A DNA stretch of 32,000 bases from Erysipelotrichaceae bacterium MTC7. Lineage in GTDB: Bacteria > Bacillota_I > Bacilli_A > Erysipelotrichales > Erysipelotrichaceae. Shown here piece by piece: positions 25,452 through 32,000 of this stretch (positions are counted from its first letter, which is position 1; each line of letters starts with the position of its first letter). The notes under the pieces are model-generated. The model saw nothing but the letters and a program-made list of their open reading frames with translations. It was not told where the DNA came from and did not search any database. The translations under genes and the position numbers were made by a program. The DNA is taken from the NCBI GenBank assembly GCA_001695645.1, contig LVZN01000004.1, positions 30,001-62,000 of the forward strand, in the 5' to 3' direction.

Positions 25452-25463
25452 ATGTTATAACAT
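25452..25463. promoter_or_regulatory. Perfect palindrome ATGTTATAACAT: candidate GntR/HutC operator overlapping the -10 of the isomerase operon promoter
   Basis: Perfect 12-bp palindrome 59-70 nt upstream of the 25393 start. On the minus strand TTGACT lies 15-17 nt upstream of TATAAC/TAACAT within it. Related copies are at 25582-25593 (10/12) and 25551-25559 (half-site). An identical copy is at 30906-30917. Confidence 0.5.
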
Positions 25464-25637
25464 TATAATCTTGAAGTCAATCCCTCTGCCAAATTCTTTT
25501 CATTCCCTACTTTCACATATCTTTTTTCAGCGTTTTCCTTGTTCATATTTACATAACATTTCTGCTTCATTACACGTATTTATGTTATAATAAATCTATC
25601 TAAAATCCCTTAAAATAGGGAGAAAGTGAGGTTTTAT

Positions 25638-26546
25638 ATGAGATTTGCATTCCTGATGCATACAAACCGCAGTTACGAAGAAATCATTGAGGTAGTCAAT
25701 GTATATATTAAGCAAGAGGATCATGTATTTATTATCATTAGTGATGAAAAAATACGTGAGAAAATTGCATTTGTTTACGCAGATAGTCGACGCGTTCACA
25801 TCTCACGTGTCCAAGATTTCGCCCAAGAAGGTGATTTAAGTTTAGCAAGAGGGACCATCTTACAAATGAAGGATGCTTTAGCTTTTGGTTCCTTTGATTA
25901 TTTCATAAATATTGGTGATGGTATGTTACCAATAAAACCACGCGAAGAGATCGTTCAGTTCTTTGAAGAAAATCCATATGACTTCTACTATGAAGACCAT
26001 GATGAATCAACGGATGCGAACTTGCGCAAACGTGCACTCATGTATTATCCAATGACAAACTTGCTATCCTTTCCTACCGGCAAGTTCACTCGCAAGTTTG
26101 CTCAAGGAAACGCACGCCTTTTTAATAAACTAGGTTTGCGACGTAAAAACGAAGAGTTTTATCGTATTGGTAGTCCCTACTTTTGCTTACGTCCAAAAAC
26201 AGTGGAGATTCTTGTTAAAGAATTTGCTTATGTATCAACTACATTTAAACTATCTTGGTATGCTGAAGAAATGTATATCCAAATGATGATGGATAAGTTT
26301 GTTGGAGGCGAACACGTCAATAAAGACTTGCGTGTGCTTGGTCCTGATGGACATTGGGTTGCTAGTCAAAGTGCAAAGATCATCACCCAAGAAGTTATCG
26401 ATGCACATCCTGAAGCACTATTTGCAGCTAAAATCACAGAAGAAGATACACCTGAATTATTTGAAAAATACACCAAGTTATTCAACATCAATGCTCCTGT
26501 TATCGAAGATGATTGGGGCGACGATGAAGATGAAGACGACGATTAA
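25638..26546 (+). CDS. Glycosyltransferase family 14 (Core-2/I-Branching, 'Branch') -like protein; soluble, with an acidic C-terminal tail
   Basis: The track start at 25626 is a GTG inside the RBS GTGAGG. The ATG is at 25638 (MRFAFLMHTNRSYEEI...). The pattern FAFLMHTN / HVFIIISDEK / VHISRV...GDLSLARGTILQMKDAL / FDYFINIGDGMLPIK parallels bacterial Branch-domain proteins. No signal peptide or TM. It ends DDWGDDEDEDDD. Confidence 0.6.
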   Translation: MRFAFLMHTNRSYEEIIEVVNVYIKQEDHVFIIISDEKIREKIAFVYADSRRVHISRVQDFAQEGDLSLARGTILQMKDALAFGSFDYFINIGDGMLPIKPREEIVQFFEENPYDFYYEDHDESTDANLRKRALMYYPMTNLLSFPTGKFTRKFAQGNARLFNKLGLRRKNEEFYRIGSPYFCLRPKTVEILVKEFAYVSTTFKLSWYAEEMYIQMMMDKFVGGEHVNKDLRVLGPDGHWVASQSAKIITQEVIDAHPEALFAAKITEEDTPELFEKYTKLFNINAPVIEDDWGDDEDEDDD

Positions 26547-26553
26547 TTACTAT

Positions 26554-26582
26554 CAAAAAAAGACGCAATGCGTCTTTTTTTG
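26554..26582. terminator. Bidirectional intrinsic terminator
   Basis: A7, then AGACGC (26561-26566), AAT, GCGTCT (26570-26575), then T7. It serves the GT14-like gene (+) and the 102-aa membrane protein gene (-). Confidence 0.8.
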
Positions 26583-26613
26583 TTTTCGCATAAAAAAAAT
26601 GAGCCCACGCCCA

Positions 26614-26922
26614 TTAGTTTTTATGTAATGTTTCAATAAGTGCAAGAACATGTTTCTTCGAATTTCTAAAACTTAAGAAACTCATGATTGCAAAAATGCC
26701 TGAAACAATAGCAACAACAAGTGCAATCCATTTTGCCACATCACGAACTACATCAGGAACCGATAAGAAACTATCTTCCAATCCTGAAAATCCCCAATAA
26801 GCAACGGCACACATGATCAAACAAACAACAAATGCTTTTCTTGCCCATCCGCCAATGCGTTTCGTCATTACATTTTTATAACCAATTTCGTTTTTCAAAG
26901 CTTCTTTTTCTTTTTTGTTCAT
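26614..26922 (-). CDS. Small hypothetical membrane protein (two TM helices)
   Basis: 102 aa. It has a basic N-terminus (MNKKEKEALKNEIGYKNVMTKRIGGWARK) followed by two hydrophobic helices. RBS ACGAGGTG. No recognisable family. Confidence 0.5.
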   Translation of the reverse strand: MNKKEKEALKNEIGYKNVMTKRIGGWARKAFVVCLIMCAVAYWGFSGLEDSFLSVPDVVRDVAKWIALVVAIVSGIFAIMSFLSFRNSKKHVLALIETLHKN

Positions 26923-26940
26923 ATCTACACCTCGTATTAA

Positions 26941-26980
26941 AAATCAAAATCACCCCCACTTGGGAGCTAGGGGTGATTTT
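26941..26980 (-). terminator. Intrinsic terminator of PTS operon 2
   Basis: The minus strand has AATCACCCC...GGGGTGATT (a 9-10 bp stem; 26969-26978 with 26947-26956) followed by TTTGATTTTT. It lies 30 nt after the IID stop. Confidence 0.75.
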
Positions 26981-27010
26981 CTATTTAGTTGTAATTACTA
27001 ACAGAATGTA

Positions 27011-27844
27011 TTAGTAAGATAATCCTGGGTTGAAGAATCCAATGAATACCCCAGCGAAAGCGATAACTACCATAAGTAGCATAACTTTAATTGGTGAAAC
27101 ACCTTTCTTCGACATTAACCACCAGCATAATAACACAAATAACATTGTTAATACACCAGGGAAAGCACCATCTAACGATTTTTGAAGGTTAAAGTATGGT
27201 TCTTTAGCACCTTCAGCTGTTAATGTCCAAGCCGTAGTAATACTTACCCATGACCCTGACATTGCCCCAACGATAATTTGACCTAAGATAATTACTGATT
27301 CACGGAATGCCGTTGCTTGTTCACCAACGATCATTTCTACCGCGTTTCCTCCTAATTCATAACCTTTATTGTAAATAAAACGCATGAACCAAGTAATTGT
27401 AATATTCCACACTACGATATAGAAGATTGGACCTAATACAGAACCACCTTCAGCAAATCCTAATGCAAGTCCTAATAATACTGGAATGTATGTACCAACG
27501 ATTAGTGAATCCCCAATCCCTGCAAGTGGACCCATAAGTCCGGCACGGATACCGTTAATCATTTCATCATCGATTTCTTCAGCTCCGTTTGCACGAGCTT
27601 CTTCAAGACCAGCTGTAATCCCTACTACGATTGCCCCAATTTGAGGTTCTGTGTTAAAGAATGGGTAGTATGTTTGTAATTTTTCAGCTTGTTCTTCTTT
27701 ACTTGAATATAATTCTTGGATAATTGGTAACATTGACCACATGTATCCAAATGTTTGCATGTGTTCGTGAGAGAACGCAGTAAGGTTCCCATAGTACCAG
27801 CGCCAGAAAGAACTATTTAATGTTTTTTTACTTAACTTTTTCAT
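27011..27844 (-). CDS. PTS mannose family EIID component
   Basis: The track start is at 27874. The ATG at 27844 (MKKLSKKTLNSSFWRWYYGNLTAFSHEHMQTFGY...) follows GAGGAGG and lies 1 nt after the IIC stop. IID signature R-W...N/S-xExMQ. Confidence 0.9.
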   Translation of the reverse strand: MKKLSKKTLNSSFWRWYYGNLTAFSHEHMQTFGYMWSMLPIIQELYSSKEEQAEKLQTYYPFFNTEPQIGAIVVGITAGLEEARANGAEEIDDEMINGIRAGLMGPLAGIGDSLIVGTYIPVLLGLALGFAEGGSVLGPIFYIVVWNITITWFMRFIYNKGYELGGNAVEMIVGEQATAFRESVIILGQIIVGAMSGSWVSITTAWTLTAEGAKEPYFNLQKSLDGAFPGVLTMLFVLLCWWLMSKKGVSPIKVMLLMVVIAFAGVFIGFFNPGLSY

Positions 27845-27845
27845 A

Positions 27846-28685
27846 TTAAATGTCCTCCTCGTCGTCATCATCAATACCGCCAGCAGATACTACTTTTGGT
27901 TTGTTCATTTTGATTGTGTAGTTAACTAATGCGAAGATTCCACCAACTGCAGCTGCAGCTAATAAAGTTAATCCCATTGATTTTGCCATCGCGAATCCAC
28001 CTACAAAGTAGATTAAGTCGCTTGGTTTTGTAACTACTGATTTCAATAAAATCGCCATTCCGACTGCAGGTAACAATGATCCTACAGTAAATAGTGATTT
28101 CATGTACCAAGAATCCATTGGTAATGCATCCTTGAATTCACCGATTGCATCTGCTCCATAGTATACAAGTAAAGTAACTGGAATAAATGAAATAACTAAG
28201 TGAGAAATTAATGGGAAAAATACTTCAACTTTACCGATGATTGAGAAATCACCTTTGTCTAATCTAGCCCATCCAATGTGTTGCCAAATAAGGTTCATCA
28301 TTGCTGTCCCGTAGAATTGTACAGTTCCGACAGAACCTACAGCAGCACCCATAGCTCCGGCAAAGGCTTGTGCTTCAGCACCACCCATGTCCCAACCTTG
28401 AGTTTTTGCCATTGCCCACGCAAGTGGGATACCAATGTATGAAACGGCACGTAAATCCGCTGCAACTGTTCCACCAGGTGTAACAAGTGCGATATAAATA
28501 ATTTGCATTGGGATAGCGATTTGGATACATCCTTGAACGTCTCCTAGAATCAACCCAACGAACAACCCAGCAATCAATGGTCTGTTTAATGTATAGTTAC
28601 CAATTGATGTACCTAGGGCTGCAATTGTTGATGCTGCACATACTGACATAACTCCTAATAGTGCGGCTTGAAACCAACTAATCAT
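27846..28685 (-). CDS. PTS mannose family EIIC component
   Basis: 279-aa polytopic Gly/Ala-rich membrane protein in the IIB-IIC-IID order. Unusual acidic C-terminus GGIDDDDEEDI. Confidence 0.9.
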   Translation of the reverse strand: MISWFQAALLGVMSVCAASTIAALGTSIGNYTLNRPLIAGLFVGLILGDVQGCIQIAIPMQIIYIALVTPGGTVAADLRAVSYIGIPLAWAMAKTQGWDMGGAEAQAFAGAMGAAVGSVGTVQFYGTAMMNLIWQHIGWARLDKGDFSIIGKVEVFFPLISHLVISFIPVTLLVYYGADAIGEFKDALPMDSWYMKSLFTVGSLLPAVGMAILLKSVVTKPSDLIYFVGGFAMAKSMGLTLLAAAAVGGIFALVNYTIKMNKPKVVSAGGIDDDDEEDI

Positions 28686-28733
28686 AAATTCATCTCCTTT
28701 TCTGTTTAAATAATTTAAAATAATTTATTTTCA

Positions 28734-28764
28734 CTTATTGGCAATCTCCCAAATTGCCAATAAG
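28734..28764 (-). promoter_or_regulatory. Perfect 12-bp inverted repeat (hairpin or operator) in the IIB-IIC intergenic gap
   Basis: CTTATTGGCAAT (28734-28745), 7 nt, then ATTGCCAATAAG (28753-28764), with no mismatch. No contiguous U-tract follows on the mRNA strand, so it is not a canonical terminator. Confidence 0.5.
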
Positions 28765-28788
28765 ATGAAATTGATGTTTTCGATTCGC

Positions 28789-29286
28789 TTAATCAGTGAA
28801 TCCGAATTTAGATCTAAATTTAGGCCAAGATCCAATAGCCGTTTCTTTTAGTAAAGCAAAGTATACATCGTATCCCGCTTTTGTCATTTCTTCACAAGCA
28901 ACTGCTTCTTCTTGTGTAATACTTTGGTTTTGTCCTAATTTCGTTGCACCTGGACGGTCATTTGCAGGTCCAATAACAACACGTTTTACATCGTTAGGAA
29001 CGAATCCTTGGTGAACAAGAATTTCAGCCATATCCACTGGATTTTTTGTGATTAAGAAATATTTCTTGTCACTATCCTTTGCTTTTTGGCATTTTTGTTT
29101 CCATTCTTCCATTGTCCAGATCAATACTTTTTTATCAGTTGATGCTTTGAACGATTGTTTTAACACTGGTGTTGTTGCTGCTTTATCATTTACAGCGATA
29201 ATTCCATCACATGGGTATTCTTTTGACCAACGTGTAACAATTTGACCGTGAATGATGCGGTCATCTACTCTTATAAAACTAATCAT
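28789..29286 (-). CDS. PTS mannose family EIIB component
   Basis: MISFIRVDDRIIHGQIVTRW... is the man-type IIB phospho-His motif. 165 aa. RBS AGGAGGAG. Confidence 0.9.
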   Translation of the reverse strand: MISFIRVDDRIIHGQIVTRWSKEYPCDGIIAVNDKAATTPVLKQSFKASTDKKVLIWTMEEWKQKCQKAKDSDKKYFLITKNPVDMAEILVHQGFVPNDVKRVVIGPANDRPGATKLGQNQSITQEEAVACEEMTKAGYDVYFALLKETAIGSWPKFRSKFGFTD

Positions 29287-29311
29287 GTTTTTTCTCCTCC
29301 TAGATTATCTT

Positions 29312-29737
29312 TTAGATATCATCATCTTCATCGTCAGCTTTAGTTTCGAAGAAACAAAGTCCTTGTTGACCTTCAGATAATAAACTTTCTTTAAGCATGT
29401 CACCGTCCATATTGTCTTTCATCAATACAGCAGTAACCGCAAGTGGCATATTCATCCCTGCAAATACCATTGTGTTTGCAAGCATTCCATTTTCATCTAA
29501 CACTTCAAGTGCTGTCGTAAAGGGTGACCCACTCAAGATGTCAGCTAATAAAATAATTTCATCGTCTGCATTCATTGGATCCACTAATTTTTTAAAGTTC
29601 ACTTTAAATTCAGGTGTTCCCATGTCTGCTTTTAAACTTGTACTTAATACATCGTCACGTTTTCCTGTCATCATTTCTACAGCTGAGTGTAGACCTGGTG
29701 CAAACTCACCATGACTTACCATAATTACATATTTCAT
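29312..29737 (-). CDS. PTS mannose family EIIA component
   Basis: The track start at 29791 is a GTG. The ATG at 29737 (MKYVIMVSHGEFAPGLHSAVEMMTG...) follows GAAAGGAA. SHG phospho-His motif. Acidic C-terminus ADDEDDDI. Confidence 0.85.
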   Translation of the reverse strand: MKYVIMVSHGEFAPGLHSAVEMMTGKRDDVLSTSLKADMGTPEFKVNFKKLVDPMNADDEIILLADILSGSPFTTALEVLDENGMLANTMVFAGMNMPLAVTAVLMKDNMDGDMLKESLLSEGQQGLCFFETKADDEDDDI

Positions 29738-29900
29738 TTGTAAATTCCTTTCTACGTTTATACAATCCTGGAGTATCTTTGATTTGCTCACTTGTGTTAA
29801 AACCGCATTATTACAGCGTTTTCGCCACGCATTTACACATCACTCGAGACAATATACACATATCTATCACATATTTTCTCATAGAAACCCCTTACAAACA

Positions 29901-29916
29901 AGTGACAAATGTCACT
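29901..29916. promoter_or_regulatory. Palindrome AGTGACAAATGTCACT overlapping the manA stop codon (hairpin or operator)
   Basis: 7-bp perfect arms AGTGACA/TGTCACT with a 2-nt spacer. On the mRNA it is followed by UGUUUGU. It sits between manA and the PTS genes. Confidence 0.35.
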
Positions 29917-30853
29917 AAGCAACATAACTCAATATGACGCGACAGTTTCCTTTTATTTCAAAGCACTCACAAGCTGCTGGAATAAAGAAGCTATCGGTAT
30001 ACATTGCTTCTACACTGACTCCATTTGCTTCAACGATTGCGTCGTTTGCAACCACACTTAGACAAGCAAATTTATGATGAAGCTGAATAACTTCTGTATC
30101 AACAACATCAATAAGTTCGACTATATAGTCATCATTGTTTGTTAAAATCTTACGTTTGCCTTCTTTAATTTCATCGATGGGATTATGAATCACTTTTGAT
30201 TGCAAATGAAAATCAACCACATCAAATCCTTTGTTTAAATGAAGGGGACGACCTTGTCCATGTTCATCTTTACGCCCATAATCATAAAAGCGATATGTTG
30301 TATTGGAATTGGTTCCAACTTCAATCGCTAAGATTCCTCCTCCTAGTGCATGTAGTTCACCAGCAGGTATATGAATGAAATCACCAGCTTTGATTGGGTG
30401 GTACACCAAATACTTTTCCATATCCTCATTTGCAATTGCTTGTTTAATCAAACTTGGATCACTTACATTTGTTCCAGCTACAAGTCTAGCTCCATCTTTA
30501 GCTTCTAAAACATACCAACTTTCTGTTTTCCCAGCATCGTGATCATGTGTATTTGCGTATGCCTCATATGGATGAACTTGAATCGATAAATCATCCTTTG
30601 CATCCAAGTACGCTGCACGTAACATCTTTTCTTCTTTTATGTCACCCAACATTTCTTTTGGATATAACTGTACAAGTTTTGCCAAACTTTCATTTGCATA
30701 CGGCCCGTTCGCAATTTTTGTTGCACCATATGGATGGATACTGATCTCCCAACTGGTTCCTAGATGCGTGTCTTGTACACCACGAATTTGAGCAAGTCGG
30801 TCATTGCCCCAAATCGTTTTATCATAAATGGGTACCATTTTTAGTGGATACAT
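29915..30853 (-). CDS. manA: Class I mannose-6-phosphate isomerase
   Basis: The track start at 30862 is a GTG inside the RBS AGAGGTG. The ATG is at 30853 (MYPLKMVPIYDKTIWGNDRL...). PMI type I motifs are DLSIQVHP, TESWYVLEA and IPAGELHALGGGILAIEV. About 312 aa, the typical Firmicute ManA size. Confidence 0.88.
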   Translation of the reverse strand: MYPLKMVPIYDKTIWGNDRLAQIRGVQDTHLGTSWEISIHPYGATKIANGPYANESLAKLVQLYPKEMLGDIKEEKMLRAAYLDAKDDLSIQVHPYEAYANTHDHDAGKTESWYVLEAKDGARLVAGTNVSDPSLIKQAIANEDMEKYLVYHPIKAGDFIHIPAGELHALGGGILAIEVGTNSNTTYRFYDYGRKDEHGQGRPLHLNKGFDVVDFHLQSKVIHNPIDEIKEGKRKILTNNDDYIVELIDVVDTEVIQLHHKFACLSVVANDAIVEANGVSVEAMYTDSFFIPAACECFEIKGNCRVILSYVA

Positions 30854-30905
30854 ACTTATCACCTCTAAAGAAAGAATAACGTTTTTTTAGGGTAAAAGTC
30901 AATAC

Positions 30906-30917
30906 ATGTTATAACAT
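30906..30917. promoter_or_regulatory. Second copy of the perfect palindrome ATGTTATAACAT: candidate GntR/HutC operator and -10 of the manA-PTS operon
   Basis: Identical 12-mer to 25452-25463, 53-64 nt upstream of the manA start. It overlaps the last codons of the hydrolase pseudogene. Confidence 0.5.
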
Positions 30918-31735
30918 TGCATAATTTTTATGTAAGCGTTCCCAGTATTTTACTTGTTTTTTGATGAATTTCCGTGTTTTTTGTGATATTTGTCTATTAT
31001 GCTCATATTCATTTACGGTTTTAGCAACCAACTGTGCATATGTTGCTTGCTCTATATTTTGAGATAAAACCTCTCCATAATGTAGTGGATGAATTGGATC
31101 TTGATCGTTTGCCAATACAAGTGTTGGCACTTGCAAGTTTGTTAACACGCCAAGACTTTCGATTGGTTGTTGTTTTGGTATATCGATAAATTTTTGCGAT
31201 GTAATTCTTGCAACAGGATTTTCAAAAAATGCAAAAACGACGAAGCGACACGAGGATGCATACGCTTTAGTATGGCATAATGTTCACTTTCCTGATATCG
31301 TTGTTTACCATCAGGTAAAGCAAGATGATTCCCTAAAAAAGTAAACCAACTCTGTAATTCTACCCTCATTGGACCGTCAAGCCAAGCCGGACGAACGAGG
31401 ATAAGCCCAAGCAGGCTTTCTTCATAACGCAATGCATATGCTAAAGACACTGCAGCTCCCATCGATATTCCACCAATGAAAAAATGGTTTAACTTAAGGT
31501 ATGTCACGAGCGCACGAATGTCTTCCACCATCTCTGCAAAGTTAAAATTCACATCCAAACTACTTTTCCCATGTCCTCTTTGATCGACTACAATCATTTG
31601 GATGGATGGATACTGGTGCATGGATTGTAATATTTGAGTATGATCAGCTCCTAGTCCATGCAAAAAGATACAAGGAGCTCCCTCTCCATGAATTTCATAG
31701 TAAAGTCTTATTTGTTCGCGTACAATATATGGCAT
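30909..31735 (-). pseudogene. Alpha/beta hydrolase, disrupted by a -1 frameshift (or a homopolymer sequencing error)
   Basis: ORF 31142-31735 carries the N-terminal part (HGLGADHT oxyanion region, nucleophile elbow GISMG). The C-terminal part (...VPTLVLANDQDPIHP...) continues in another frame to 30909. That second frame is open from about 31290 (my translation: ...FFENPVARITSQKFIDIPKQQPIESLGVLTNLQVPTLVL). RBS AAGGAGG upstream of 31735. Confidence 0.7.
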
Positions 31736-31760
31736 CGCATTACCTCCTTATTCAATGGAT

Positions 31761-31786
31761 AAAAAAAGATGGTTTTTATACCATCT
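31761..31786 (-). terminator. Intrinsic terminator after the partial upstream gene
   Basis: The minus strand reads AGATGGT-ATAAAA-ACCATCT followed by T7 (plus-strand A-run at 31761-31767). Confidence 0.65.
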
Positions 31787-31803
31787 ACATTGCGCATGAA
31801 AAA

Positions 31804-31998
31804 CTAAATACTGAAGAAGTGTTTAAAAAGCGTGAACAACACAATACAAAGAAATGGGACAAGGATTAGAATTCCATACCCAAACATAACCTTGCGTTGT
31901 AACTTTTTATATGCTTTTTCATTAAAGTAATATTTATCATCATCTGTTTTAATCACGATATCATCTTGCATGAAATTCGCAATCGTATATCCAACAAC
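31804..31998 (-). CDS. 3' end of a hypothetical protein with a C-terminal TM anchor (N-terminus beyond the window end)
   Basis: My own translation of the minus frame open from the window edge reads VVGYTIANFMQDDIVIKTDDDKYYFNEKAYKKLQRKVMFGYGILILVPFLCIVLFTLFKHFFSI*. The stop is at 31804-31806 and a terminator follows. It is not in the ORF track because it runs off the edge. Confidence 0.4.
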   Translation of the reverse strand, partial: VVGYTIANFMQDDIVIKTDDDKYYFNEKAYKKLQRKVMFGYGILILVPFLCIVLFTLFKHFFSI

Positions 31999-32000
31999 CT

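Noticed and set aside
28734-28764. Sigma-54 (-24/-12) promoter reading of TTGGCAAT...ATTGCC, and of TTGCAAACGG at 5247-5261
   Set aside because: The GG-to-GC spacing is 16 nt rather than about 12 in the first case. The second lacks the TGGCAC element. No LevR or NtrC-type activator is encoded in the window.
31606-31869. 87-aa plus-strand ORF spanning the hydrolase start and the downstream terminator; also the 64-aa ORF at 9756-9950 (-)
   Set aside because: Both overlap better-supported elements (hydrolase N-terminus and RBS; the T-box promoter and orphan terminator). Both lack an RBS and have low-complexity composition.
1-32000. Searched by eye for CRISPR arrays, tandem or dispersed long repeats, IS/transposase/integrase/recombinase ORFs, toxin-antitoxin pairs, and tRNA, rRNA or tmRNA genes
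   Set aside because: No ORF translation shows DDE, tyrosine- or serine-recombinase motifs. No regularly spaced direct repeats were found. No cloverleaf-like GC-rich segments were found. The window looks like core chromosome with carbohydrate-utilisation islands.

Overview
This looks like a chromosomal segment from a low-GC Gram-positive bacterium (Bacillota). The signs are AT-rich DNA, GGAGG-type ribosome-binding sites, a T-box leader, an ECF S-component, a cre-like box and intrinsic terminators. I found no rRNA, tRNA, CRISPR array, IS element, transposase, integrase or phage gene. About 34 genes are present, most on the minus strand.

Layout:
- 1-5260: a Gfo/Idh/MocA oxidoreductase (partial), an RpiR/MurR regulator, and a convergent mannose-family PTS operon (IIB-IIC-IID-IIA plus a small PH-like protein).
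- 5561-9409: a tightly packed operon of poorly understood genes, DUF1846-HAD(Cof)-SIS(UPF0309-like)-CutC.
- 9465-9840: an AT-rich gap ending in an orphan terminator.
- 9895-13127: a promoter, a T-box leader whose specifier reads UGG (Trp), a three-gene ABC importer and a terminator.
- 13323-16594: a CoA salvage and biosynthesis operon (ECF S-component, coaBC, coaX) with an overlapping HEAT-repeat gene.
- 16622-20685: an operon encoding a membrane protein that resembles an M28 peptidase without its catalytic residues, then cardiolipin synthase, a patatin-like lipase and DeoC.
- 20847-25393: an operon with two cupin-type glucose-6-phosphate isomerase homologues, a 580-aa mannose-6-phosphate isomerase homologue with an unknown N-terminal domain, a GntR/HutC regulator and NanE.
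- 25638-26922: a soluble GT14 (Branch)-like protein and a small membrane protein.
- 27011-30853: manA plus a second mannose-family PTS operon.
- 30909-31735: a frameshifted alpha/beta hydrolase.

Most notable observations:
1. An identical perfect 12-bp palindrome (ATGTTATAACAT) lies 53-70 nt upstream of both the multi-isomerase operon and the manA-PTS operon. This suggests one GntR-controlled sugar regulon with unusual isomerase redundancy.
2. The DUF1846-HAD-SIS-CutC operon sits next to the RpiR/PTS locus and may be an uncharacterised phosphosugar pathway.
3. An apparent M28 pseudo-peptidase with a transmembrane hairpin insertion is co-operonic with two phospholipid enzymes.

All functional calls come from reading motifs in the translations. 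No database search was run.
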